This document shows, one piece after another, positions 19,491 through 29,355 of a DNA stretch of 64,000 nt. A model generated the notes under the pieces. It was not told the origin of the DNA. It saw only the letters and a program-made list of their open reading frames with translations, and ran no database searches. The stretch is from Candidatus Zymogenaceae bacterium (GTDB lineage: Bacteria > Desulfobacterota > Zymogenia > Zymogenales > Zymogenaceae): NCBI GenBank assembly GCA_016931225.1, contig JAFGFE010000015.1, positions 2,858-66,857 on the forward strand. Reading direction: 5' to 3'. Position numbers and translations under genes: made by a program. The first letter of the stretch is position 1, and each line of letters opens with the position of its first letter.

Positions 19491-21107
19491 GTGAGCACAC
19501 AATCGTATCGGTATGATTACCTCGTTATAGGCAGCGGTATTGCGGGGCTCTCGTTCGCCCTTGAGGCGGCGAGGAGCGGGCGGGTTGCCGTGATTACCAA
19601 GAAGGAAGAAAAGGAATCGAACACAAATTACGCCCAGGGGGGGATCGCCTCGGTCATGTCTCCGGATGATTCATTTCAGAATCATGTGATAGACACCCTC
19701 GAATGCGGGGCGGGGCTGTGCCATGAAGATGTGGTGGAGATGGTCGTGACCAGCGGGCCGGATATGATCCGGCGGCTGATTGATCTGGGTGTTCATTTCT
19801 CGAAATCGAAAAAGAGTGATGAGTCATATGACCTGGGGATGGAGGGCGGTCATTCCCATCGACGCATCCTCCATGCAAAGGATCTGACCGGGGCGGAAAT
19901 CGAACAGGCCCTGGTGAATCAGGTGCGCGAGCACCAAAACATCGATGTCTTTGAAGATCACCTGGCGGTGAATCTCATCACCGATCGCACGGTGTCCGGA
20001 AAGCCGATCGCTCCCGAGAGGGTGTGGGGGGCGTATGTCTTGTCCAAGGAGGAAAACAGGATCGAGACATATCTCGCCAAGATCACATTTCTCGCCACCG
20101 GCGGGTCGGGAAAGGTCTATCTCTATACGTCGAACCCTGATATCGCCAGCGGGGATGGAGTGGCGATGGCGTATCGATCGGGCGCGACTGTGGCGAATCT
20201 CGAATTCGTCCAGTTTCATCCCACCTGTCTTTTTCACCCTGATGCGAAATCATTCTTGATCTCCGAGGCGGTCCGGGGTGAGGGCGGTATCCTCCGCCTG
20301 AAAAACGGCCGGGAATTCATGAAGGAGTACGATCAAAGGGGAGAGCTTGCGCCCCGGGATATCGTGGCGCGCTCCATAGACATGGAATTGAAGAAGAGCG
20401 GTGATGACTGTGTGTTTCTTGATATATCCCATCGGAGTGAGACATTCATCAGGGATCGATTCCCGAATATTTACCAATCCTGTCTGCAATTCGGCATCGA
20501 TATCACCGCGCAGCCCATACCGGTGGTACCGGCGGCCCATTATATCTGCGGCGGGGTTGTTGTGGACATGGATGGAAGGACCAGTATTCGGGGATTATAC
20601 GCCGCGGGGGAGGTGACATGCACGGGTCTGCACGGCGCAAATCGGCTGGCCTCAAACTCGCTTTTAGAGGCGGTGGTCTATGCCGACCGGGCGTCACGGT
20701 CGGCGAAGGAAGAGATGCTGGACACATCGGATCCGCCGGATGCACCGCCCTGGGATCCCAAGGGGGCGGTGGACAGTGACGAGCAGGTGGTTATTACCCA
20801 GAACTGGGAAGAAATCCGGAGATTCATGTGGAATTATGTCGGGATCGTGAGGTCCGACAAGAGACTAGAACGGGCCATGCGCAGGTCCACGGCCCTGTTC
20901 GAAGAAATTCAGGAATACTACTGGAACTTCACCATAACATCCGACCTGATTGAACTCAGGAACCTGGCACTGGTGGCTAACCTGATTGTCAGGAGCGCCC
21001 GGTGGCGAAAGGAAAGCAGGGGGCTTCACAGCACCATCGATTACCCGAAACGGGACGACAAACGATTTCACCGTGATACGGTATTGATGCGGACGGACTG
21101 GGATTGA
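19491..21107 (+). CDS. nadB: L-aspartate oxidase
   Basis: FAD-binding 'YDYLVIGSGIAGLSFA' and 'NYAQGGIA'. 538 aa. Confidence 0.9.
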   Translation: MSTQSYRYDYLVIGSGIAGLSFALEAARSGRVAVITKKEEKESNTNYAQGGIASVMSPDDSFQNHVIDTLECGAGLCHEDVVEMVVTSGPDMIRRLIDLGVHFSKSKKSDESYDLGMEGGHSHRRILHAKDLTGAEIEQALVNQVREHQNIDVFEDHLAVNLITDRTVSGKPIAPERVWGAYVLSKEENRIETYLAKITFLATGGSGKVYLYTSNPDIASGDGVAMAYRSGATVANLEFVQFHPTCLFHPDAKSFLISEAVRGEGGILRLKNGREFMKEYDQRGELAPRDIVARSIDMELKKSGDDCVFLDISHRSETFIRDRFPNIYQSCLQFGIDITAQPIPVVPAAHYICGGVVVDMDGRTSIRGLYAAGEVTCTGLHGANRLASNSLLEAVVYADRASRSAKEEMLDTSDPPDAPPWDPKGAVDSDEQVVITQNWEEIRRFMWNYVGIVRSDKRLERAMRRSTALFEEIQEYYWNFTITSDLIELRNLALVANLIVRSARWRKESRGLHSTIDYPKRDDKRFHRDTVLMRTDWD

Positions 21108-21632
21108 AGCGGGGCAGCTTATGAGAAGAGGGAACGATATCCATACCATATATGACCTGACCTCATAGTTTGCATGCGGCCCGATACCCGGATGTGCCGC
21201 GTGACTTCAAGAAAAAAATTCTGTTTTCCTCATTGTCGAGGCCGATGGGGTTCGTGTGCCGTGCCAATGAGAGATGGTTGGAGGTTGTTCACAATGGTGT
21301 GTGTGCGGCGACTTTCTCTGATGCGGACACGATATGATTCCAGGCCTCCACATCATCCGAGAGGACGCATTTACAGACAACACCGCCGCCGACGATAATC
21401 GGGTTTCTCATCATATTGATGTCTCCGGGTAAGGGGACGAGAATTTTTTTGCTTGTCGCCGTCCCGACCGTTGATACCATTTCAGGCCCGTGATGCTTTC
21501 GCGATATCCACAGACGACAGCCCTTCACGTGAAAAGGAAGATGACATATCCGCCCGAATGTAACGTATTGTATTTGTACAGTATTATGCTATAGTATAAA
21601 AATATTATCTCATTCCTACTGGGAGGTTCGCC

Positions 21633-22169
21633 ATGTGCAAAGCATTGAGATTCGGCATACTGGTGTCGTGTGTCTTTTTCCTGATGCTGGGGACCGCCGT
21701 CGCCCAGGAGATGGGGGACATGTCTTTTTCACTCATAAGCTCAGCATTCGATGACGGCCAGAGAATACCGAGCAAATACACTTGCAGCGGTATGGACGTG
21801 ACACCGCCCCTTGAGTGGTCTGGGGTGCCGGAGGGGTGTGTAACCCTTGCCATTATCATGGACGATCTGGACGCACCCGGCGGCGTCTGGGTGCACTGGG
21901 TCATCTGGAACATCGATCCGGCCCTGGGGGGCCTGGACGAGGCACTGGATACGGAGGCGATCGGCGCCGTGCTGGGGAAAAACTCCTGGGGTAAGGCCGC
22001 ATACGGAGGCCCATGTCCGCCCAGCGGCGTTCATCGATACAACTTCAAGATATACGCCCTGTCCGACTATCCCGACGTTGATCCCGGAGCGTCCAAGAGC
22101 AAGCTGAAACGAGCGATCAAGGACATCACTCTGGCCGAATATACACTGATGGGCACCTACAGCAAGTAG
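21633..22169 (+). CDS. YbhB/YbcL family Raf-kinase-inhibitor-like (PEBP) protein, secreted
   Basis: Signal peptide present. PEBP signature 'GGPCPPSGVHRYNFKIYAL'. GGGAGG ribosome-binding site and a TATAGTATAAA -10-like element upstream. Confidence 0.85.
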   Translation: MCKALRFGILVSCVFFLMLGTAVAQEMGDMSFSLISSAFDDGQRIPSKYTCSGMDVTPPLEWSGVPEGCVTLAIIMDDLDAPGGVWVHWVIWNIDPALGGLDEALDTEAIGAVLGKNSWGKAAYGGPCPPSGVHRYNFKIYALSDYPDVDPGASKSKLKRAIKDITLAEYTLMGTYSK

Positions 22170-22273
22170 ACGAAAAGAGACATTCGCCCTCCCGCTCACC
22201 TCGATTTTTCTCTCTCCTGTATGGGGCGGGTGACCGACATTGAAGACACCGCATCACCCGGAGCAGACAATTT

Positions 22274-23770
22274 ATGATCGATCGTCCCCGCACGGGTATC
22301 ATGTCCGATACGTATGCCGGAATAAGGACCGACCTGATTTTATTCGTGCTCGGATTCTTCCTCACCGTCTTCATCGGCAACCGATTCGGTCCCGGGGGGC
22401 TTGGTTTCTTCTCCATGGCCCTGACCATGTACGTCCTGGGGGTGTTGGCATGCTCCTCCGGCGTGACGCATGTGTTTGTCCCGAAACTCACCGGCATCCC
22501 GAAGAATGAGCAAAGGCGGCTCGTCACGACAGCGCTCCTGTTTGTCGTGGTATTCGGCCTAGCGGCGACCGTCTTCGGTTTCATGATATCGAGGCGGATC
22601 TCCCAGGCGTTTGATATCTACGATCTGTGGCGGGTGGTGTGTCTGGTATCCCTTGCGTTTGTTCCCGGTGTGTTCAACGAGACGATATGCAACTTCCTTG
22701 CGGTTCTGGACGGGCACAAGACGGCGAATCGATACCGGATGAAAAAGCGTATCATCTTCCTGTGTGTCGCCGTCGTCATGAGTGTGACCAAAAACATCTA
22801 CCTGGTGCTCACCGCGTTTTTCATATCGGATCTGATTCTGACCATCACCCTCATACGCCGCGAGCGGGCTTGGTTCTTTCCGCTGGATTTCAGCGGATTT
22901 TCGGAAACGGCGCCGGGACTTCTTCTCTCTTCGGTACGAAGAAGCTTTTCCGGAAGCGCCGGTGAGGTGAACGTCCGTATCGATGTGCTTATCATCGGCT
23001 ACTTCATGTCGGCCTCATCGGTGGGCGTCTATGCGGTTGCGATACTGGTGACTCGTCTGATCCTTCTTCCCTGGGAGGTGATCCGAGAGGTGATGCTGAC
23101 GCGGCCGAAAGACACGGGCGATACAGGGATCGGCGTGGATGCGAAAAGAGGCATCCGGGGATACTTCGCATACGGGACGGCGGCGATGCTGGTGATCGCC
23201 GTGTGTACGGCGATCCTGTATAAAAAGATTATCGGTGTGATATTTCCATCCACCCACGACTATTTGGCGTCCACGGGGGCGTTCCTGTTTCTTTTACCGG
23301 GGGTCGTACTGTACGGCGCAACGACGATATATGAGGGAATACTTGTGAGGACGGGAAAGTCTGAAACGGTCGGCATTATCTCGATCCAGACACTTCTGAT
23401 CAATTTTATTCTCAGTGTATTGATGGTCCACGCCTTCGGGATATACGGAGCGGCGCTTGCGGGCACGCTCTCATTTTTCTGGTATTACCTCGCCATGACC
23501 GAAACGCTGAATGATGTGAACATGCCGGTCGATCGATGGACGACGATCCTCTATGGGATCGTGGCCGCCGGTATCGCCGTGATTCTGGTAGATCTTCTGG
23601 GAGAATCGTTTCTTGTGGCTGTGCTTGCGGGAGTGACGACGCTTCTCATGCTCGTCTTCGTCGGATATCTTGATCTCTCCGTGGAAATCGGAAACGTCAC
23701 ACCGATGAATGTGATCGAGAAGGTCTGGGAGTCGGCGAGAAAGACAAGAGACACATCGCGACTTCACTGA
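22274..23770 (+). CDS. oligosaccharide/polysaccharide flippase family (MOP superfamily, Wzx-like) membrane protein
   Basis: ~498 aa with 12-14 predicted TM helices and the usual Wzx-type arrangement. The true start may be internal (MSDTY...). Confidence 0.55.
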   Translation: MIDRPRTGIMSDTYAGIRTDLILFVLGFFLTVFIGNRFGPGGLGFFSMALTMYVLGVLACSSGVTHVFVPKLTGIPKNEQRRLVTTALLFVVVFGLAATVFGFMISRRISQAFDIYDLWRVVCLVSLAFVPGVFNETICNFLAVLDGHKTANRYRMKKRIIFLCVAVVMSVTKNIYLVLTAFFISDLILTITLIRRERAWFFPLDFSGFSETAPGLLLSSVRRSFSGSAGEVNVRIDVLIIGYFMSASSVGVYAVAILVTRLILLPWEVIREVMLTRPKDTGDTGIGVDAKRGIRGYFAYGTAAMLVIAVCTAILYKKIIGVIFPSTHDYLASTGAFLFLLPGVVLYGATTIYEGILVRTGKSETVGIISIQTLLINFILSVLMVHAFGIYGAALAGTLSFFWYYLAMTETLNDVNMPVDRWTTILYGIVAAGIAVILVDLLGESFLVAVLAGVTTLLMLVFVGYLDLSVEIGNVTPMNVIEKVWESARKTRDTSRLH

Positions 23771-23832
23771 CCAATGCCCGCCCCGGATGAGGCGGATACT
23801 GTGTCCGGTGAGTGCCGAACAAAAGGAATCGA

Positions 23833-23873
23833 CCGCCTCACGGGCGCATGCCCGTGAGGCGGAATGCTTTTAT
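23833..23873. terminator. bidirectional rho-independent terminator between the flippase (+) and hisB (-)
   Basis: Perfect 13-bp inverted repeat CCGCCTCACGGGC-GCAT-GCCCGTGAGGCGG at 23833-23862, followed by CTTTTATT on the + strand and CCTTTTGTT on the - strand. Confidence 0.7.
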
Positions 23874-24481
23874 TCGGTGAGCGTTCCCTTGGTGGAGAGA
23901 ACGCCGGAAAAACGGGGATCGAGACTCACCGCATTGGACAGCGCCCGGGCGAACGCCTTGAAACAGGCCTCGGCGATGTGATGGGCGTTGGCGCCGTGTT
24001 CCAGGACGATATGCACCGTGGCCCTGGCATGGTTTGCGAAGGCCCTGAAGAACTCCTCGAAAAGCTCGACGTCGAACTCCCCAACCTTGTTGGACGAAAA
24101 CGATACATCGTATACCAGGTAGGGACGCCCGGAGAGGTCCACCGCGGCGGTGGCCAGGGACTCATCCATGGGGACCCGTGCGCTGCCGTATCTCGCGATG
24201 CCGGATTTATCACTTAATGCCTTCAGAACCGCCTCGCCGAGACAGATGCCGATATCCTCCACGGTATGGTGGAGGTCCACATGATGATCGCCTTCAGCGG
24301 CAACGGTCAGATTGAACATGCCGTGCCGGGCGAGCAGCTCCAGCATGTGGTTGAGAAATCCCGCGGGTCCGGAAACGGAATAATCGCCCGTGCCGTCCAG
24401 ATCGATGGAGAGACGGATATTCGTCTCCGCAGTGGTCCTGGTGATCTCGGCCTTTCTCTTCATTGCTTCCTCATCTCTCAT
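23870..24481 (-). CDS. hisB: imidazoleglycerol-phosphate dehydratase
   Basis: '[19 protein letters not shown]' and the two His-rich metal motifs '[12 protein letters not shown]' and '[16 protein letters not shown]'. 203 aa. Confidence 0.9.
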   Translation of the reverse strand: MRDEEAMKRKAEITRTTAETNIRLSIDLDGTGDYSVSGPAGFLNHMLELLARHGMFNLTVAAEGDHHVDLHHTVEDIGICLGEAVLKALSDKSGIARYGSARVPMDESLATAAVDLSGRPYLVYDVSFSSNKVGEFDVELFEEFFRAFANHARATVHIVLEHGANAHHIAEACFKAFARALSNAVSLDPRFSGVLSTKGTLTE

Positions 24482-24536
24482 CTCGTTCGATGAATGTGTT
24501 TCTTACAGGTTTGGTACACACGCCAAGGGACGGCTT

Positions 24537-26597
24537 CTATCTCCCGTTCTCGGCGATGTCCGTGTAGATTTCCTTCAGGGTCTCATATGAGTGCTTCGGA
24601 ATGCGATCTTTGGAGACGACTCCCTTCATGTTGTAATAGGGGACGACGTTCCCCGGAAACCAGGGGCAGTAGAAGTCGGCGAATATCCAGGGAGAAACAC
24701 CCACGATGTACTCTCGCTCACGAAACGCATTGAGGTACGTGCGGATGACATATTCCTGATATTCTTCCGAGTATGTTTTCCCCGGGCTGACGCGATCGGC
24801 CACGTAGCTCCCGTCCTCGTCCGTTCGCCCGGGGGCGGCGCTGGCGCCGAACTCGGAGAGAAACACCAGTCGGTCCGGGTGCTGTTCGTGATAGGTGTCT
24901 AGCTTCATTCCTGCGTCTTTTGCCGTGCCGTAATACCAGCCGTAATAGCTGTTGACCGACGCGATGTCGAGATAGTCGGCCGACATGCGCTTGGTATCGA
25001 AGAAGGGAATGTCATAGGTGACTTCAGCCTTCGTTACCGGGCGCGAGTCGTCGAAGGCCCTGATGACATCCCTCAGGTGGCCGTAAAAACGGCCGCCGGA
25101 TGTATACAGCGAGTAGCTCTCGTTGGAGACGAACCAGAGAACGACCGCCGGGTTGTTGATGTCCCGCTCCACCATTTCGATGAGCTGGCGACGGGTTGAG
25201 ACGACCAGGGATTCTGAATGCAACTGCTTCATCCCGAAGGTCGAGGCGGGGAACCGAAAGAGCTCCCTGCCGGTCCCGAACCAGGTGGTCCAGCCAAGGC
25301 CGACCTGGTAATGGGGGATTTCCTCGGAAACCATGATTCCCCTGTCACGACAGGCCCTGATTTCCCGGATGTCGTGGGGGTAATGGGACATCCTGATGAA
25401 ATTCGCACCCATCTCCTCTATCAGGTCGAGATCCCTGTCGATAACGGCCTCGTTCTGGGTGGCGCCAAGATACGGGTCGTCTTCGTGTTTCGATATGCCC
25501 AACAGCACCGTCTCCTCACCGTTTATCAGGAGCGCGTCATTTGTGATCTCGATGGTGCGAAAACCGGTCACCACCGACACCCGGTCATCAGACATACGGT
25601 CCTGGAGGTGGAGCTTCACGGTGTAGGTTGCGGGATCCTTCGTTGACCAGAGCCGCGGTGCGGGGATCGAGGCGCCGGCGGGATACAGCCGATATTCCCC
25701 TTCGGCAATCGGCGTATCGATGTCTATGGGATAGATCATTCCATCCGGACCGACGACCTCTCCCTCGATCGTACATTCGGTGCCGCCGGCAAGACGATGC
25801 ACGACGATAGTCATGTCCAAAGTGCCGCCGGTTTCCTCCGGGACGGCCCGCGCCACGACCTTGCACAGGTACTGTCCGGGCAGCTTCTCCAGGTACACAT
25901 CACGGTAGATGCCGCCGTATTCCCCCCAGCCTCCCTGGGTGTGGTACCTGTACTGTTTCGGGGGCAGGGTGTCGAATCTGATGCGATTGTCCGCCCGGAC
26001 GATCAGGGTGTTCGTCTCGCCGGGCCTGATGAAGTCGGTGACGTTGAAGTAAAACGGCGTGTAGCCCCCGTCCCGGTGCCCCAGGTGGTTGCCGTTGAGC
26101 CACACATCCGAGGTCAGGAGCACGCCCCGAAAGCAGAGCCGGGTGATCGGGTTGGGAGGTGACGACCCATCCGCGGTAAAGGTGAGCATGTACCAGGTCA
26201 CGCCGGTATGATGGCGATAGGGACCCTCGAATGCGTTGTACGTTGAGGGAACGGTGTAGTCCTCCCAGGAGTCGTCCGCATCCCGTATGAGGAACCATTC
26301 CTCATCCAGTCCCACCTCGTCGGGATCAAACCGCATCTTCCAGGAGCCGGAGAGATCCTGGATCGGGCGGTTGGTGTCCTCGAAGACCGTGGGGTAGGGG
26401 AGGCCGTATTCCACCAGGATGTTCGTATCCCCCACGGTGACGATGGTGAAGTCTCCGTCGCTGTCGGTATCCGGGAAGGTGTAGTCGACCCGGGGATATA
26501 CCCAGGTCAGATACAGCCATGCACAGACGACGATGACGATCGCCGCGAGAATCACAGAAAAGATTCCGCATACGATTTTCTTCACGATCGATTTCAT
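24537..26597 (-). CDS. glycoside hydrolase family 2 protein with N-terminal membrane anchor
   Basis: N-terminal TM helix, then a GH2 sugar-binding domain ('VTWYMLTF', 'VWLNGNHLGHRDGGYTPFYF'). TIM-barrel motifs 'NFIRMSHYPHD', acid/base 'WFVSNES', nucleophile 'FLSEFGA'. Confidence 0.75.
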   Translation of the reverse strand: MKSIVKKIVCGIFSVILAAIVIVVCAWLYLTWVYPRVDYTFPDTDSDGDFTIVTVGDTNILVEYGLPYPTVFEDTNRPIQDLSGSWKMRFDPDEVGLDEEWFLIRDADDSWEDYTVPSTYNAFEGPYRHHTGVTWYMLTFTADGSSPPNPITRLCFRGVLLTSDVWLNGNHLGHRDGGYTPFYFNVTDFIRPGETNTLIVRADNRIRFDTLPPKQYRYHTQGGWGEYGGIYRDVYLEKLPGQYLCKVVARAVPEETGGTLDMTIVVHRLAGGTECTIEGEVVGPDGMIYPIDIDTPIAEGEYRLYPAGASIPAPRLWSTKDPATYTVKLHLQDRMSDDRVSVVTGFRTIEITNDALLINGEETVLLGISKHEDDPYLGATQNEAVIDRDLDLIEEMGANFIRMSHYPHDIREIRACRDRGIMVSEEIPHYQVGLGWTTWFGTGRELFRFPASTFGMKQLHSESLVVSTRRQLIEMVERDINNPAVVLWFVSNESYSLYTSGGRFYGHLRDVIRAFDDSRPVTKAEVTYDIPFFDTKRMSADYLDIASVNSYYGWYYGTAKDAGMKLDTYHEQHPDRLVFLSEFGASAAPGRTDEDGSYVADRVSPGKTYSEEYQEYVIRTYLNAFREREYIVGVSPWIFADFYCPWFPGNVVPYYNMKGVVSKDRIPKHSYETLKEIYTDIAENGR

Positions 26598-26630
26598 GGT
26601 ATCCTCGCTTGAGGGGCTACAGGATTCGGT

Positions 26631-28640
26631 CTATCTTCCGTTTGTCTTGATGTCGTGATACATCTGTGTGAGAACATCATAGGCGGCCTTCGGTTCACGC
26701 CCCGAGGTCATCACTCCCGAAGAGTGTAAGAACGGTGCCGAGTCGCCGGGATACAGACTATCTGCGAAGACGGCGGGACATACGCCGGCGATGTAATTTT
26801 TTGAACGGGCGATCTCCATATATTCCTCGATGAGCATCGCCTGGTCTTCTTCCGAGTACGTGCCGTCTGCATCAATACAGTCGAGTCCGGCCGGGACACA
26901 GAAGTCTGAAAGAAATAGGAGCCTGTCGGGATATCGCCTGTGAATACGGTCGAGGTACAGTCCCAGGTCTTCGGGGCCGCCGGCGTGGAGGTCGGAGGAA
27001 GAATCGACGGCGATCAGATCCATGGAGGGCGCCGCTCGTTTTTCGGCGTCCAGAAGGCGAATGTCATAGGTGTATTCGAACGTGCAAACCGGGCGGGTGG
27101 AATCGAACGATCGTATCACATCACGCATCCAGCCGTGGAAACGCCCCCCCTCATCGAAGAGGGTGTACGACTCAGAGCCCGCAATCCATATGATCACCGC
27201 CGGATTGTTGATGTCCCGCTCCACCATCTCGATGAGCATGCGCTGGGCCAGGGACATGAGGTGTGGGTCGTTAAGCTGGCGCATCCCGAAAGTCCGCACC
27301 GGCAGCTCGAACAGGGTCCCCTTTTTATTGTACCAGTCCACCCAGCCCATGCCGATGTTGTTGTACGGAATCTCCTCGGAGACCATGATTCCCAGGTCAC
27401 GGCACGCCCTGATTTCACGGACGTCGTGGGAGGAGTGGGCCATGCGAATGAAATTTGCGTTCATATCCTGTATCAGACCGAGGTCTTTGGCGATGTTATC
27501 AGTCATCGGCTCCGATCCCGAATCCACGACGTCCTCGTATCGAGAGACGCCCCTGATGAAGGTGTTGATGTCGTTGATGTAGACGCCCGGGTCGGTTCCG
27601 TAGCCCACGATCCGAACGGTGCGAAATCCGGTTTTCGTCTCCAGTGTTTCCACTCGACTCTTCGTCTTCAGGGTGAGCATGAGACGATAGAGCCGCGGGT
27701 GGTTCGGCGACCAGGTCTTCGGATTATCCACCTCGCACTTCAATGTGTGCAGTTCGAATTCATCGGACGATTCAAAGATGTACGATCCCAGGTCTATTTC
27801 CTCACCGTCAGGGGAGATGAGCGCTCCCGAAAGGATGTAGGGGCCGGTGAGATCGTGATTGTGGATGACCACCGAGACCGACACATCGCCTTTGTTTTTG
27901 GAGAGGGACATATCCGCCACTGCCTTACAGATGTAATGTCTCGGAATGCTTTCGAGAACGACGTCTCGATGAATGCCCCCGACACATTCCCGTTCGGGGC
28001 TTTGACGTTCCCATGTTTTTACCGGCAGTGTGTCGTAATCGGGACGATTGTCCGACCGAACAATGAGGATATTTTTATTGCGCTCAAGGTGGTCCGAGAC
28101 GTCGAAATAGAAGGGGGTGTCTCCCCCCCGGTGACCGCCCAGGTATGTGCCGTTGAGCCAGACGTCCGCGCACATGTGCACGCCGTCAAACCCGAGGCGG
28201 GTGAAGGTCTCGGTATCTGTGTTGAGATCGGATGAAAAATCGAGAAAATACCAGGTAACGCCTCGATAGTTCGAAAAAGAACCGTCGGTGCCGACGTACG
28301 ATGATGGAACGACGATGTCCATCCAGTCATCGCCGGGCTCGGTCGTGTGCTGCCACCCGTCGTCCATCCCCGTATCGTTCGGGTCCGTTTTCATCTTCCA
28401 GGTTCCGCCCAGGTTTTGAGCGGGGTAGGTCGATGCCTCAAAATCGGTTGGATAGGGGAGATTGTGATATACCAGGAGATTGATTCCGTCCACGGATTCA
28501 ATGTGATAGTCGTTCTCCGTGCTTGTGAACGGAACCGTATAATCCGCCTTTGGATATACCTTGAACAGGTGGACCAAGAAACCTGCGATGATCACCAGTG
28601 CCGCAATAACACTGACACAGAGCAGTTTTATAATCTTCAT
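26631..28640 (-). CDS. glycoside hydrolase family 2 paralog with N-terminal membrane anchor (nucleophile position Asp)
   Basis: Collinear with the upstream GH2 ('NFIRMAHSSHD', 'WIAGSES'). At the nucleophile position it reads 'FLSDFCV', Asp instead of Glu. 33-bp gap to its paralog. Confidence 0.7.
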   Translation of the reverse strand: MKIIKLLCVSVIAALVIIAGFLVHLFKVYPKADYTVPFTSTENDYHIESVDGINLLVYHNLPYPTDFEASTYPAQNLGGTWKMKTDPNDTGMDDGWQHTTEPGDDWMDIVVPSSYVGTDGSFSNYRGVTWYFLDFSSDLNTDTETFTRLGFDGVHMCADVWLNGTYLGGHRGGDTPFYFDVSDHLERNKNILIVRSDNRPDYDTLPVKTWERQSPERECVGGIHRDVVLESIPRHYICKAVADMSLSKNKGDVSVSVVIHNHDLTGPYILSGALISPDGEEIDLGSYIFESSDEFELHTLKCEVDNPKTWSPNHPRLYRLMLTLKTKSRVETLETKTGFRTVRIVGYGTDPGVYINDINTFIRGVSRYEDVVDSGSEPMTDNIAKDLGLIQDMNANFIRMAHSSHDVREIRACRDLGIMVSEEIPYNNIGMGWVDWYNKKGTLFELPVRTFGMRQLNDPHLMSLAQRMLIEMVERDINNPAVIIWIAGSESYTLFDEGGRFHGWMRDVIRSFDSTRPVCTFEYTYDIRLLDAEKRAAPSMDLIAVDSSSDLHAGGPEDLGLYLDRIHRRYPDRLLFLSDFCVPAGLDCIDADGTYSEEDQAMLIEEYMEIARSKNYIAGVCPAVFADSLYPGDSAPFLHSSGVMTSGREPKAAYDVLTQMYHDIKTNGR

Positions 28641-28678
28641 GAAAAACTCAGAGCGTCAGAAAAGATGGACGTGAATTG

Positions 28679-28696
28679 TATATATGCGTATATATG
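28679..28696. repeat. direct repeat TATATATG-CG-TATATATG in the divergent GH2/V4R promoter region
   Basis: Two 8-bp copies spaced 10 bp apart (28679-28686 and 28689-28696), about 40 bp upstream of the GH2 paralog start. TATATA is self-complementary. Confidence 0.4.
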
Positions 28697-28722
28697 ATAG
28701 GTTATAAGTCGCTTGGGGTCCC

Positions 28723-29254
28723 ATGTCAAGGGTAAAAGCCTTTCAGTCGTTGTGGAACACTCCTGTGATGCGTTTCCCTTTTGACTTTATCAAAAAATTT
28801 TGTTATAAAAAAAAAAGCATCATCAAAGAGAGAACGAAGCCGAATTCTCTGTTCCCTGTGATGCTGACTATCCTGGATGATATGATGAGGAAAAACGGTC
28901 CTCATCCCATTCTTAACATATCCGAAATGTCGACATTCAGGGATTTATATCCCCCGAATAACAAAAAACAGAAGCAAAAGTCTTCGGGCATCAGCCCCCT
29001 GATAAGTGGATTGATCGACCTTATCGGCGGAGACTGTGCTAAAAGTCCTACTGAGGAAGGCTGGTCGGCAGGAGGTCGGGCTCGCACGTAAGGATGGACC
29101 GGAACATGTGGGCATATTCGCCCGTAAGCTTGAAAAAGGTGGCACTGGGTCGGGGACATATTGCCCATGGATTCTCGGCGTACTGACATTATCCGGTGGA
29201 GGAAATCGACTGCCGGGACGCCGCTACAAAAAAGTGTGTTTTTCATATAGATAG
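28723..29254 (+). pseudogene. frameshifted, C-terminally degraded paralog of the downstream V4R-domain gene
   Basis: Frame 1 (28723-29091) matches the N-terminus of the 29356 gene ('LTILDDMMRKNGPHPILNISEMSTFRD' vs 'VTIEDVMGKNGLNAILNVSSMTKFRD'). The match continues in a +1 frame ('AGRQEVGLARKDGPEHVGIFARKLEK' vs 'AGRKGFRNVVEKSPELFGLVGIELEK'). The Cys-rich C-terminus is lost. Confidence 0.45.
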
Positions 29255-29355
29255 ATATTACCGAAACATTAGAAAGGAGGTGAACGGACGGATTCGTCTC
29301 TCAGGAATTTTTTTCGGAGTGATAGTGATTTTTTAATAATTCCTTCTCAATAGGT

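Noticed and set aside
21289-21528. 79-aa minus-strand ORF in the nadB/PEBP intergenic region
   Set aside because: No ribosome-binding site, no recognisable motif, and the codon pattern is not convincing. It probably lies within non-coding sequence that carries the PEBP promoter.
28641-28722. TATATATG direct repeat considered as a CRISPR-like or mobile-element terminal repeat
   Set aside because: Only two 8-bp copies inside a promoter region, with no spacer array and no transposase. It is more likely an operator or -10 elements.
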